Shown here: positions 12,984-24,448 of the stretch, one piece after another
Numbering within the stretch: the first letter of the stretch is position 1
Layout of the letters: every line of letters begins with the position of its first letter
Source of the DNA: Zancudomyces culisetae HAW-14-8
Taxonomy: Eukaryota > Fungi > Kickxellomycota
Length of the DNA: 64,000 bases
Direction of reading: 5' to 3'
NCBI GenBank assembly: GCA_052426225.1
Contig: JBNJNM010000021.1
Coordinates: forward strand, 1,860,001-1,924,000
Notes under the pieces: model-generated
What the model was told of the DNA's origin: nothing
What the model saw: only the letters and a program-made list of their open reading frames with translations
Database searches by the model: none
Translations under genes and position numbers: made by a program

Positions 12984-13512
12984 TTCAAAAGTATTATGTG
13001 ACCTAAATTCGTATTTCTATTTGGGTACCGTCAGAGAATATTGCATTTATTAATTGATTTGTAAGCACATAGAGTTGAATTCCTGTATAGACAACTAAAA
13101 ACTCGAATCAACGATAAACTGTAAAATACAAACACTAGAGTATAAGCTGGAATAGTTCAGGGCTCTAATTTACTAGCAAAGCCTAAAGTATGTAGCAGGA
13201 ATATCCCTATTTTTTTTATCTTGATTTTTTATTTTTGATATGCTTTGCACAAGTTGGATTTATTAGAACAATTTTTATAATCCAATTAGATTGTAGTGAT
13301 TTATTGAAAGAGCGAATTAGCACATACGCAAAAGTCAAAGAGCAAAAAATAAAAATAAAAGTGAAAAAAATACTAAAGATTGAGGTGGAGAAAATTTTTT
13401 ATTATTTCACCAACTATTTTGCAGATTCCAATTTTGCTTTATTTTCCAAAAAGTATAGCTTGTAGCTCTCTTTTGCTTTAGAGTGTAAACTTTTAGAAAC
13501 GAATATACAAAA

Positions 13513-14353
13513 ATGGTAAGTAGTATACTAGACTTAGTACATCGAAACGGAGATTATGTTAGGAATAAAGAGTAGTGTGTGTCGTGCAAACCTGTCGATT
13601 TTTGAAGTAGCAGAGTGGTTTTGTTCTGTTTCCCAGTAATTCAATGAAGGATTCAATTTGTGAATATGGGTTGGATTTTTTATTTTGATGTTACTTTTTA
13701 AACAGATTCGAATACAAAAACGCAACGGTTACTTCAGATTATTATAAACGATATGGACATGTCTTTGCGATTATAAAGAACCACTATACTTTTTACTGCC
13801 ATGTAAAACCAAACAATCTTGTACATGAATCCGAATTCTTATCTTAACTCTTGTATAATTTACTTTTTATTAGGCCAAACGTACAAAGAAAGTCGGAATC
13901 ACCGGTAAATACGGAACAAGATACGGTTCATCCCTCCGTAAGCAAATTAGAAAGATTGAAATCACTCAACACGCTACCTATACTTGCACCTTCTGTGGAA
14001 AGGTATGTGATATTTTTGCAATTAACTGTTGCATGTTATCTAGACGTATTTACAGGACATTTTCTTGAGCATTAATGACAGTTTTCAAGTCAATTCTGTT
14101 TGAGAGTGTTTTGCTATGTTGATTAAACACTTTTAGTTTCATTGCTTAACTTTATCATTTGATATGAACCAGCTGAACTAAACGACTATTTTATTGAAAA
14201 TAATAGGACGCCGTCAAGCGAACTGCCGTTGGTATCTGGAAATGCAAGTCATGCCGCAAGTGTATGGCCGGAGGTGCCTGGACTGTATCAACACCAAATG
14301 CTACATCCGTTCGCTCCACCATCCGTCGTCTCCGTGAATTGTTTGAGCAATAA
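13513..14353 (+). CDS. RPL43: 60S ribosomal protein eL43 (L37a), 92 aa, 3 exons
   Basis: Exons 13513-13515 (ATG only, then GTAAGT), 13874-14002 and 14207-14353. Translates [25 protein letters not shown]...[22 protein letters not shown]...GGAW; C4 zinc ribbon intact. Confidence 0.97.
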
Positions 14354-16144
14354 ACTTTTATATTGTCCAATAACGACTTTTTTGTTTTAGTTTAGCTCTC
14401 ATGTTGAATAATATAATGTTTTTTAACTACAATAAATTGTGATTTCATCTCTATATTTCTGGACTGAACATTTTTTGTTTCTAATTTTGAGAATTGGAAC
14501 CTATTGCCTGTCAATGCATTGTGATTCTTCACAATAAAACATTTTATTTAATACTGCTCACTATTCTCATTGTTGAGTTTTTGTTGATAATCCCAGCAGA
14601 GGGTTTACAGTGCAAATAAAAGAGTCGGGACCTGTGGCAGTGGCTTTCGCCACTACATGAAACAGGTTTTTTTTCATAGATCGAATGATAACATGGCAAA
14701 TTATGGTCCCCACAGGATTTGTAAGTTCGGGATTCTGAAGTCTACTGTCCACATTTTATTTCCAGAATAATACAGAGCAATCTGCTTCAACTTAATATCG
14801 ATTGGGTATGGTGATCTTATACAACCGAAGGGATATGGCATGCGATTGGCTTAATAGATTTGCCTTTTTTAGGCACCTCTCTAATTATCTAAAAACTCTT
14901 ATTTTGTCATGAAATAGCATAGCGAAAATTACAATGGCACAGATTTTCTGCTAGTCCTTGTGATACTATTACTTTTGCCAAAAGTATGGTTTCATATTTG
15001 AGAAAGAAAAAAATTTTATTTTTGGATTGTTGAAAAATGTTTTTGGTTCAAGAATTCTGAATCTAACTACCTGCAATTTGGTAAACAATAAACCAAATAA
15101 AAAACGTTTTTCTGTTCAGTGTACAAGCTAGTAGGCAATTGGCGATTTTCGATTTTAGAACCGCGTTATGTAGCGATTAAGGTAAAATTACATTTATGCT
15201 AACGTGCAAATCCGTCCTTGATGTATAATCTCGTTGTTGTAAAATGCTGTAATATAAGCTGAATGTATGTAATTACAAACTTTTATCATCCACATTATAT
15301 ACGGACATTGAGTAATATGAGCTGGCTCTAGACACTTTTAAATATTAGTTAACACATAATGATTTGTCAATCAAGTAAATTGCGTATATTTAAAACCAAT
15401 AAAACATTCAGGTCTTAAATGGGTTTTTGGGTTATTTGCTTTTTTTTTCCAAAGTTTACATTATATTTTCAAGACATCCCCATATGTAAGTGTCCAATGA
15501 ATTTCCTGAAATGGCTGTAGGAAAAGCATATGAATGCGGGATACTGGAACTGGGAATACTCAAATGTCGGCAAAGAGCGTTGCTGAAAAACAAAATCGCG
15601 ACTACTGCAATAATCTGATTCCAATTTGTCGCTTTACATGTGGTCTCGTTTTTTGTCAAGTAAAAAATTGATTTGGATTCTAATTCTTTCGTATACTTGT
15701 TCATAATGAAGGGATTTAATATTACTAGATGAAAGAGGAGTCTCGATAATTATCTATACTCAAAGAGGAAGATTAATTACTTCCTCCCACAAAAATTTTT
15801 AGCTTTTTTATGTTATTTCACTCTTGAAAAAAAGATAAGGGTGTTTATATTACTTGTAATTCTTAATTTCAAATTTGTATTACAACACTTAAAGTATAAG
15901 GCAGTTTTGAGGGGCAGTACCACTAAAAAAAAAATTGCATTATCCAAGTTCACAAAATAATTAATGTTTATTTTTTTTTAGTCTCAATAACTTTACCTAT
16001 TCTTAATTGTTTGAGAGGGTGTACTGTGTTTGAGCTACTGAATATACTCAGTAGAAACCAATTAACCTTTATAACGTATAACATTTGGTCGTAAAACCTA
16101 AAGAACAAGAGATATACACCATTAATATAATCTAGACGATCACA

Positions 16145-18238
16145 ATGAGTGGGACAACCGCCAAAAAACCGAAGGTCAGCCGAAGCAGGATGCCAACTCT
16201 AAACCGAGTTAGAAGTCTTGTTATCAGTATTGGTGCCAAAACAGCACAGATACACTCAGTTGTAAATAATAACAAAAGGTTGAAACCTTCAAGTGGGGAT
16301 GGAAAAACAGGGTTTGATAAGCTGTATGAGGAAACATATGACTATGTGCTAATTAGGGAAATAGAAGACAGAACCTTTAGCTACGAAACTCATTATGCTG
16401 AAGACTTGAAGGTTCATTTTGTGAAGCTGGTGGATTTTATGATTGAAACAGTAAATACTTGTATATTCGCAACGCCAAATCTCATGATACCTGTTAGAGT
16501 TCCTATGCTAATTACAAATATTAAAAGGTTGAGGCTTCCAAAGTACATGCTTTACACAATACTGCTGCTTGGATCACAGGTTTTGCCAGCTTCTAGAGTG
16601 CCAAAGTTTTTAAGTGCAAGAAAGATAGAAAGAATGATAAATACTATTAGGAAAACACTTGATAGTAAACTAACCAAACCACGAATGAATCACATATGGT
16701 GTCGCCAAGCATTGGTTGAACACAAAAGCTATGATAAGTTTGAATATGCGATAAATACCGAGTTATTAAAGTGCTATAATTCATGTATCATGCTCGGTCT
16801 ACACAAAGTAGACACAACTATGTGTCCAACCATGCGGCACTCTAAACAAGGGCGTAACGAGATGGAGTTCAAGAGAAGGATTTATTGGATGGTATATCTC
16901 AAGAACAGTCTTCTCTTTGGGCTGTTCAAACGAGCTCTTTATGGCGGTCTTTTTAAGAGCGCAAACAAACTTCCGCAGAGCGATTATGAGTGGCGAAAAG
17001 GAATAGATTACGAAGATTCAAACTCGCTTGTTACAGTTGATAATAAGGAGTTGATCAGGGCCAGGGAGAGTAGAAGGGTAAACTCAGATATTGTAAAAAT
17101 AAAATGCATGGTGTTTGCTATGCACAATAGGGTTTCTTCATTTCGAAATCAAAGACACTTTTTTGCTGATACGGATTATCAACTTGACTTTAAAAAATAC
17201 ACGGAAATCTCGAAACAAGTTAACAAGGTCTCAAAAATGCTGAAAAAGTACACATTTGATACACTCCAAACACTCCAGTTATATGAAAACGCGAACTTTC
17301 TTATTATCGACGAAGAGTCTGTAAAAAGCCTTCTATTCCAGTTGTGGATTCTACATATTGTCATAATGTGTGCTGCGATCAATTTATGTATTTCCGAAAT
17401 AGCATGTTTGTCATATGTTGCCAACGATCCCTGGCGCATCCAGGTGGCAAAAATGCTGTGTATTAACTATGCTCTGGATGCTGTAAAGATTCTAAGGTGG
17501 GGCTATGTCAGCATCCCACGAACTCATATGGATTGGGCTGTTTATATGATGGTATACTGGATAATGATGGCGCTTATTAACGCAAGCTATATTACAGACC
17601 ATCCAGATCACAAAGAGATTGTTGAAGGCAGAGCGTTTATATTCCAAGTACTAGCTAGAATCGAATCAAAGTTTCAAGGTAGAGGAATCTTTAGCGAGAC
17701 ATTCAGCCAGATAAACAAGTTGAAGGCTCATTTTCATGAATTAAATAAGAACATCTACCCGGTACCCAGTATTATTGCAAATAGCGCCATAACCGAAATG
17801 GATCGCAATCCTTGGTTTATTTTGGGTACTACTGCCTCTGTAGGGTATTTGTGCTGTCTTATGGAAAATTCTGCAGAGGCCCTAAAAGTGTTATCTCTAG
17901 AGCACTATACAGATTACCATGCTTCAAAACCCGCTCCTTCTTTTACAAAAAACACTTTAGCCATTCTATCTTCTGTTGATATCACGCTGGGTTATATTTA
18001 CGACGTGTTTTTCACTCCTACAGACAAAGAAATCTCTCAAAGATATAAAACGTTCAATAGCCAAAAGGCATTTGCGGGAAAAAATAGAAAAAGTACATCA
18101 AACACCCTTCAGATGCCAAATGTAATTTGTAGGCCCCCCGAGTGTTTATGGACAAGAGGAAGTACCAGTATCTTTATTAAATCTTTCTTCATGCTCATAT
18201 TCCCTACCATTGAGTCTATTAAATATGAAAACTACTAG
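16145..18238 (+). CDS. Putative fungal-specific transcription-factor-domain (middle homology region) protein, no Zn2Cys6 cluster visible
   Basis: 697-aa ORF. LGLHKVD...EMEFKRRIYWMVY...KLPQSD resembles the Fungal_trans LGLH..E.RRR.WW pattern. Basic N-terminus. Confidence 0.55.
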   Translation: MSGTTAKKPKVSRSRMPTLNRVRSLVISIGAKTAQIHSVVNNNKRLKPSSGDGKTGFDKLYEETYDYVLIREIEDRTFSYETHYAEDLKVHFVKLVDFMIETVNTCIFATPNLMIPVRVPMLITNIKRLRLPKYMLYTILLLGSQVLPASRVPKFLSARKIERMINTIRKTLDSKLTKPRMNHIWCRQALVEHKSYDKFEYAINTELLKCYNSCIMLGLHKVDTTMCPTMRHSKQGRNEMEFKRRIYWMVYLKNSLLFGLFKRALYGGLFKSANKLPQSDYEWRKGIDYEDSNSLVTVDNKELIRARESRRVNSDIVKIKCMVFAMHNRVSSFRNQRHFFADTDYQLDFKKYTEISKQVNKVSKMLKKYTFDTLQTLQLYENANFLIIDEESVKSLLFQLWILHIVIMCAAINLCISEIACLSYVANDPWRIQVAKMLCINYALDAVKILRWGYVSIPRTHMDWAVYMMVYWIMMALINASYITDHPDHKEIVEGRAFIFQVLARIESKFQGRGIFSETFSQINKLKAHFHELNKNIYPVPSIIANSAITEMDRNPWFILGTTASVGYLCCLMENSAEALKVLSLEHYTDYHASKPAPSFTKNTLAILSSVDITLGYIYDVFFTPTDKEISQRYKTFNSQKAFAGKNRKSTSNTLQMPNVICRPPECLWTRGSTSIFIKSFFMLIFPTIESIKYENY

Positions 18239-19496
18239 TCATTTATATTATCTTTTTAGAATAAAGCTCTAAATAGCCAGTTTAATCAGATTCTATTGAC
18301 TGTACAGTATATATCCGAGTGTGCTACCTGCGAATTTATTTTGTAAATTCCTAAAATGTAAACTTTAGGCCTTCAAGAAGCTTCTTTTTTGTCCACCCGC
18401 CTTTGATCCTTTTTCATGATCTCAAACAAACCACAGCTTTACCTGCTTAGTTTTGGTTCGATTTTTATTGATGTTTAATGCCGCAGCACTGCAGGTTATC
18501 AGGTCGGTGAAAATACAAGCTAATGGAATGCAAAATGAGAACATTCCTCGTCAGTCCAATTAGCTTGTAGTCGTTCAAAACTTTAGCAATTTTACTTGAA
18601 GCAAAAAGTATACACAAGTGCATGTTTTGGTTATGCATTTCTCAGCTTCTCAATTTACCATTTTTAAATGTTTGGTTTAGCCTATAGGAAAATATTTTAG
18701 TTTAGAATATAACTTGTGCTTAAAATACACTAGACGGGTAAATTAATACAGACTTTTTTTTTTAAAGAAATTAGAAGATATTTATTTACATACTCACTAG
18801 GTTTTAAATTTTACCGATAGCCAAAGGAAGTATTAAAATTATTTTTTTTGCAGTCTTATACATTTAATCAGCTAAGAGGCCACTGTGTGAAGGTTCCAGG
18901 AGGAGGGAGGAGGGAGGAGGGAGAGGTGAAACACAAAACTACTGCAACACAAATATGTTTACACGGCAAAAAAGATAATATGTGTTCCGGTTCTTTCGTG
19001 GTTTTTATATAGAACTGGTTCTAGTCACTAAGTTTCCTATTATATTCACGGTGAATAGAAATATGCTGCATCAACACATTTATAGTTTTGAAGAAACTCT
19101 TTACTTGGAAAATAAGAAAAGTGATGCTTATAAAAGTTGGTGGTGGAGATTACAACAAGAAAAATATCCAAAGCAGTAAGTGGCAGTGTGTGTATGAGTG
19201 ATGTAGCGCACTAAAAGTTCTTATGATAAACACATATTTTTCTAAGAATTCTAACCTTTCGGTGATATGCCCGATCCCATGAAATATGAATACGGGAGGA
19301 ATATCACCCCTTTCTCACTTTCTTGAAGCTTTAGGTTGTAAAGCACAAATAATTATTCCAACTATACATAGTTTGGAAAACAACTCTATCACCTAAAAGT
19401 TTATAAATACCATCATTTCATCTCTTGTCCAAGGCCATGGGTTTTCTAAAACAGCATTTGCACATTATTTTTTAGTTCTAAAATAAAAGTATTAAA

Positions 19497-20828
19497 ATGA
19501 CTTCCTGTAGAATGGTGAGTACTGAACAGTTTGAAGATTTTTACAAGAAATACAGATGGCGAGATAGTGTTGACAAGGAGATGTGTTTTTCTAACTTTTC
19601 TGTTGTAGGAGGTGAACGGGACAAGATTGATGCTCTTTTAAAAAACACAAGTACAGCTTTTGAAAAACAACTTGTTTTTGACATGGCTGTCTACTTGGAT
19701 AATTTCTATGTCATGATGATGCTTTTTAAAGATGTTAAAAATACCCCCAAAAACATTAGCAGCTTACTTGAGGTGGCGCGTAGGAGCAATGATTTAAGCT
19801 GTATGAAATACGTTGCATCTGTCAAGCCAAACCTTCGCTATCACCGAACCAATACTGCCTTGGAGATAGCAATTATCACGGAAGAGTATGAGTGGGCAAA
19901 ATTAATACTGGAGACTTATAAAGTTAAAAAGAGGTACGAATGCTTTCAAACTGCAATAGGGTTGGGAGACCCAAGGTCGATTAAGATGTTTCTTGATTTG
20001 GGCTATTCAATTAAAAATCATCTGGGAGGCCTTGCAAAAATCGCTGCAGAAGAAAAAAACACTGAACTCATGCAATTAGTGATTGATGCAGGGATATCAG
20101 GGCGCGAGCTGACCCAAAATGCTGTCCCCGCACTATGCGATAAATTTGATGACAATGTTTTAAACACTTTTCTTCTTGGCATGTTTCCAGGTACCAAGAA
20201 AAGCGAGGAGGGCAAAGAGAACAAGAGGGGAGGAGGGGGTAAAAGCAATTCGGGAGATACGCATACCAGTGAAAAGCAAGAGCTGTGCTACAATGAGGTT
20301 CTACAATTCCTTATTATGCAAGGATTAAAGCTCGAAAAGAAACACTATTTTATGGTCGTTGAGCTTCTTGGAAGTGCGAACATAAAAGGTGTACGTGCTT
20401 TATTGAATGAAGATGTACGCATCTCAGAACATAGCAAAAGTAAAAAAATATGTATATATAAGGACCTAATTGTGGAAATAGCAAAGTTTATTGTCAGAAG
20501 CGCACAAGGAAACGTTCCACCTCATTCAGCTGAAGGCCTTCGTATACCCAACGACAACACTTTGCATGATATAAAGGCGGAGGTAACAGATAGCACTTTT
20601 AGGATAGTGCAAATGTTAATCAAATGTGGCATCAATATAAATGCACACAATCATCTACTGATGAGGATGGCATATAGGTTGGGTGCCATAAAGTGGATCG
20701 ACTACTTAAAGGATAATGGTGCACGACTCGGAGGTCAACTCTATAATGGATACCAAGAGGCAATGGATTCGAAAAAGTCTTCTGTACTCCATCATTGGCT
20801 AAAGCACTCAATTATTTACCATTCATAA
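19497..20828 (+). CDS. Ankyrin-repeat protein
   Basis: Degenerate ANK units: TALEIAI..., AKIAAEEKNTELMQLVIDAGI, IVQMLIKCGININAHN, LMRMAYRLGAIKWIDYLKDNGA. Confidence 0.7.
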   Translation: MTSCRMVSTEQFEDFYKKYRWRDSVDKEMCFSNFSVVGGERDKIDALLKNTSTAFEKQLVFDMAVYLDNFYVMMMLFKDVKNTPKNISSLLEVARRSNDLSCMKYVASVKPNLRYHRTNTALEIAIITEEYEWAKLILETYKVKKRYECFQTAIGLGDPRSIKMFLDLGYSIKNHLGGLAKIAAEEKNTELMQLVIDAGISGRELTQNAVPALCDKFDDNVLNTFLLGMFPGTKKSEEGKENKRGGGGKSNSGDTHTSEKQELCYNEVLQFLIMQGLKLEKKHYFMVVELLGSANIKGVRALLNEDVRISEHSKSKKICIYKDLIVEIAKFIVRSAQGNVPPHSAEGLRIPNDNTLHDIKAEVTDSTFRIVQMLIKCGININAHNHLLMRMAYRLGAIKWIDYLKDNGARLGGQLYNGYQEAMDSKKSSVLHHWLKHSIIYHS

Positions 20829-21365
20829 AATAGCAATTTTCTCTATTTTTTTATTTTATTTTTACTAATTGTTTTGTGTCTAAACGTTAAAAATCAACCT
20901 CATCCGAGAAGCAATTTCAAACAGAAAAATTCAGAAAAGATAAAATTATTAAGCAGAAGAAAAAAAATTGCGATATGAACCAGAACGAAGATCAGGTTCG
21001 AATCTCGCTGCTTTTTCCTGCTATAGTTATTTTTTTTATCATAAAAGCCCACTAACTCTTTTGACGTAATCTACTAAATGAGAGTGCTGAAATAAGCTTT
21101 TTGCTTTTTGATAAAGCGTGAATTTAATTCGAATTTTGCGGATGTTTCTATTGCAATGACCAATTAGGTTTAGTTGGTGTTATTCAGTCACAAAATAAAA
21201 AAAATTTTTTTGAGCAAAGAAAATGCTGATTTATCGATTTTTATAAATCAGTGTTTGACCATCCAGCCCCAGTATACCAGAAAGCCTCAAGTTTACCAAG
21301 CAAAACTTATTATACTATTGAATTTAGTACCACGAGAACCCAACTCTCAACAGCAAAACACGTAA

Positions 21366-23179
21366 ATGTGTGGAATTTCAGGGCTTATATTAAAAGACAC
21401 CAAGCAAAATGCCGTGTTGGACATTCACGAAAGTCTTGGTCTGTTACAGCACCGAGGCCAGGATTCTGCAGGAATAACTACATGTGGAGCAAGGGGAAGA
21501 TTCTACCAGTGTAAAGCAAATGGAATGGTTAACGAGGTCTTTACACAAGATAGGATAGAGGGCTTGCACGGCAGTATGGGTATTGGGCATGTGAGATACC
21601 CTACTGCAGGAACTTCAAGTATTTCTGAAGCCCAGCCCTTCTATGTGAATAGTCCTTATGGAATAGCATTTGCACATGTAAGTCGATGAATGAATTATTG
21701 TTCAGTATTGAGCTATCGTTTGTCAACTCCAAGGATAAATGAATGTCTATCAATGTCTTTTTGCAGAAAGATAACAGTAGAGTAATAGTAAAATGACATA
21801 CTAACACATGCGAAAATGGCTTTTGTATTGTGGAATATAGAATGGAAATTTGACCAATTCAGTCGAGCTTGAAAATTTTCTTGATTTGGTGGCACATAGA
21901 CATATAAACACGAATTCAGATAGTGAGCTCTTGTTGAACATGTTTGCATACAATTTGGAAAAAAACCAGAAACACAGGTAAATGAAAGGGACAGACATTT
22001 TGCGGGAGTGAAAGAAAGTATAATTTTATAATTATATCTAACATAAATTTGGGTAACTATAGAATTAACGAAGAGGACGTGTTCCGCGCGATAAAAGAAC
22101 TATACACGCAATGTGTAGGCGGATATGCATGTATTGCAATGATAGCAGGGTTTGGAATTATAGGGTTTAGAGATCCAAACGCGATCCGGCCGCTAAGCTT
22201 TGGTTGTAGGCCTGTAGGAGCCAAGGGCATGACCAATGGAAGTGGGGATGAGGGGCTAAAAGGAGACTATATGTTTGCGTCTGAAAGCGCAGTAATGGAG
22301 GCACTAGGGTTTGATCATTTTGAGCCGGTACTTCCTGGAGAAGCCATTATAGTAACTAAAACCAAAGTTACGCGCAGAAAACTAATTGAAACCCCAGAGT
22401 GGAGACCCTGTATCTTTGAGTATGTATACTTTGCCAGACCAGATTCTATTATTGATGATATCCCAGTGAGTGACGCTAGGCTGGAGATGGGCACTAAGCT
22501 TGCACACACTGTCCGCAGACTACTTGGTGACAAGCATGATATAGATGTTGTTATTCCAGTTCCTGACACAAGCAGAATCATAGCACTTCAGCTTTCTCAG
22601 GTGCTGAACCTTCCGTACCGTGAAGGGTTTAACAAAAACAGGTATGTCGGACGAACATTTATCATGCCTGGTCAAGAAAACCGCCGAAAGTCTGTCCGTA
22701 GGAAGCTCAACGCCATGCACTACGAATTCAACAACAAAAACGTGCTGATTGTTGACGACTCTATTGTCCGCGGTACCACCAGCTCCGAGATCATCCAAAT
22801 GGCGCGTGATGCTGGCGCCAAAAAAGTTTATTTTGCATCGGCAGCACCAGCAATTCGCTTCCAGAATGTTTATGGAATCGATATGCCATCTAGAAAGGAG
22901 CTTGTCGCATATAACCGTACTGAAGACGAAATATCGACCATCTTGGGTGCCGATAAAGTGATTTACCAAACGCTAGACGACCTGGTGGATTGCTGTAAAA
23001 AGTTTAACCCCTCCATCAAGTGTTTTGAAGCCTCTGTGTTTGATGGCAACTATGTTACTGGTGGTGTTTCCAAAAAGTATTTGAATACCTTGGAATCTCA
23101 ACGTAGCGACTCCACTTTGCACTCTCAAACTGTTAGTCCCGTTGCTTCTGGAATCAGCAATATTTTTGAAGATTCTTAA
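21366..23179 (+). CDS. ADE4: Amidophosphoribosyltransferase (3 exons, 521 aa)
   Basis: Exons 21366-21677, 21841-21977 and 22063-23179 (GT..AG, frame consistent). MCGI N-terminal nucleophile, [36 protein letters not shown] motif [20 protein letters not shown]. Confidence 0.97.
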
Positions 23180-23404
23180 TGAGGTTTATAGCTTTTTACT
23201 TTTGTTTTTTAGATTTATTCGCGGGGCTTGTTTATTACTATTTAAATTAATCACTAGCGGATATAAATGTATTTACAACGTGGTTTCATACATCTTGTGT
23301 TACATTACAACGAGAGAACAAGACAATCTCTGTGAATACATACAAAAGCAGCTTTGAAAAGCAAAAAATTCTGTTTTAATAGACTAAACCATTAATGGTG
23401 GTGA

Positions 23405-24090
23405 TTATTCATCAAGTGGTTGCCGTGACGACACTGCTGTATCAATGTACTCTTGTGTTTTGACGGCCTGTAAAATATCGACTTTTCCTTCGCTTTGCTC
23501 CTCCTTCAATCTTCGCCCTATGTACATTTTTTATTTATCAAGTACAAAAAACATTAAGTATACCACTCAAGTAGCGTTCATATTTTCTTTGCCAACTTAC
23601 TTATCAATTCCACTATTGCCTTTTGGGTTTGAATTTCTAACGGCTCCATCTTTTTTAAAAGTATCCGCTTGATGTCTGAATCTGGTTTGTTTGTTATGAT
23701 CCTTGTAACATCCTAATTAGATTTGGGGTTCGAAAAAGTTGTGGTTATTGATTGTTTAACAGATTGTTGCCAAATGTAAAATTGAAAAAAAAAAACATGG
23801 CTATTCTCTTTACCAATTCCTCCTGGTCTCTCTCTTTTTCTGCTGTTTCTATAGTTTTTTCCACTACACCCTCTACTGCAGCCTCAACAGTCTCATCTCC
23901 AGCCAATTCTCGTATTCGTTTTACTTGATTTTCGGCATGTTCTTTCGATCTATTTTATTCATTTGAGTATAGGGAAGTTGGATAATTATAGCTAGTAAAT
24001 GCAGGGCAAAGATGAATATACTGACGTTGCCTTTCTTTTGTCGCGAATAGCCTGTAGTCGTTCTTTACGCTTCCTGGCCTCTTCCTCCAT
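23405..24090 (-). CDS. cwf18: Cwf18/CCDC12 spliceosomal protein (4 exons, 141 aa)
   Basis: Exons 24090-24026, 23949-23814, 23712-23601 and 23517-23405 join in frame: MEEEARKRKERLQAIR...EELDVTRIITNKPDSDIKRILLKKMEPLEIQTQKAIVELIRRRLKEE. This matches the family pattern RKERL / KPDWDLKR..KKL..L...TQ.AI.ELIR.RL. First donor is GTCAGT. Confidence 0.85.
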
Positions 24091-24448
24091 TTTTCTTTTG
24101 ATATCCTATCCTTTTGTGTATTTTTTTTTGAATTGAAAAATACACTTTCCAGCACGTTTATATGAAAGCTAATTTAAAAAACAATCGTAAAATGCAATCA
24201 ACTCTAATAAAACTTCGAAAATAACAATTTGCACTCGCCAAATATTGACCATTATTTGGACCAAATCCAAATCCAAATCCAAAATTTTGGGATTCAAGGC
24301 TCAGTAATAGAATGACTACAAAGCATTAAAGCCTTGTATGATTAAGCATTAAAAATATAGACAAAGAGTTTAGAACGGCATGACTTGGAGATAATCCTAT
24401 TTTTATTTGTTAAAGTAGACAAGCATAGCAAAAAAAAAACAAAAAGGG

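Noticed and set aside
14585-14605. GATAATCCCAGCAGAGG resembling the 3' half of a TPP riboswitch
   Set aside because: The GCUGAGA and GAACCUGAUC elements are absent.
20970-21015. GGTTCGAATC, a tRNA T-loop/B-box-like motif
   Set aside because: No T-stem, D-arm, anticodon arm or acceptor stem can be formed, so not a tRNA.
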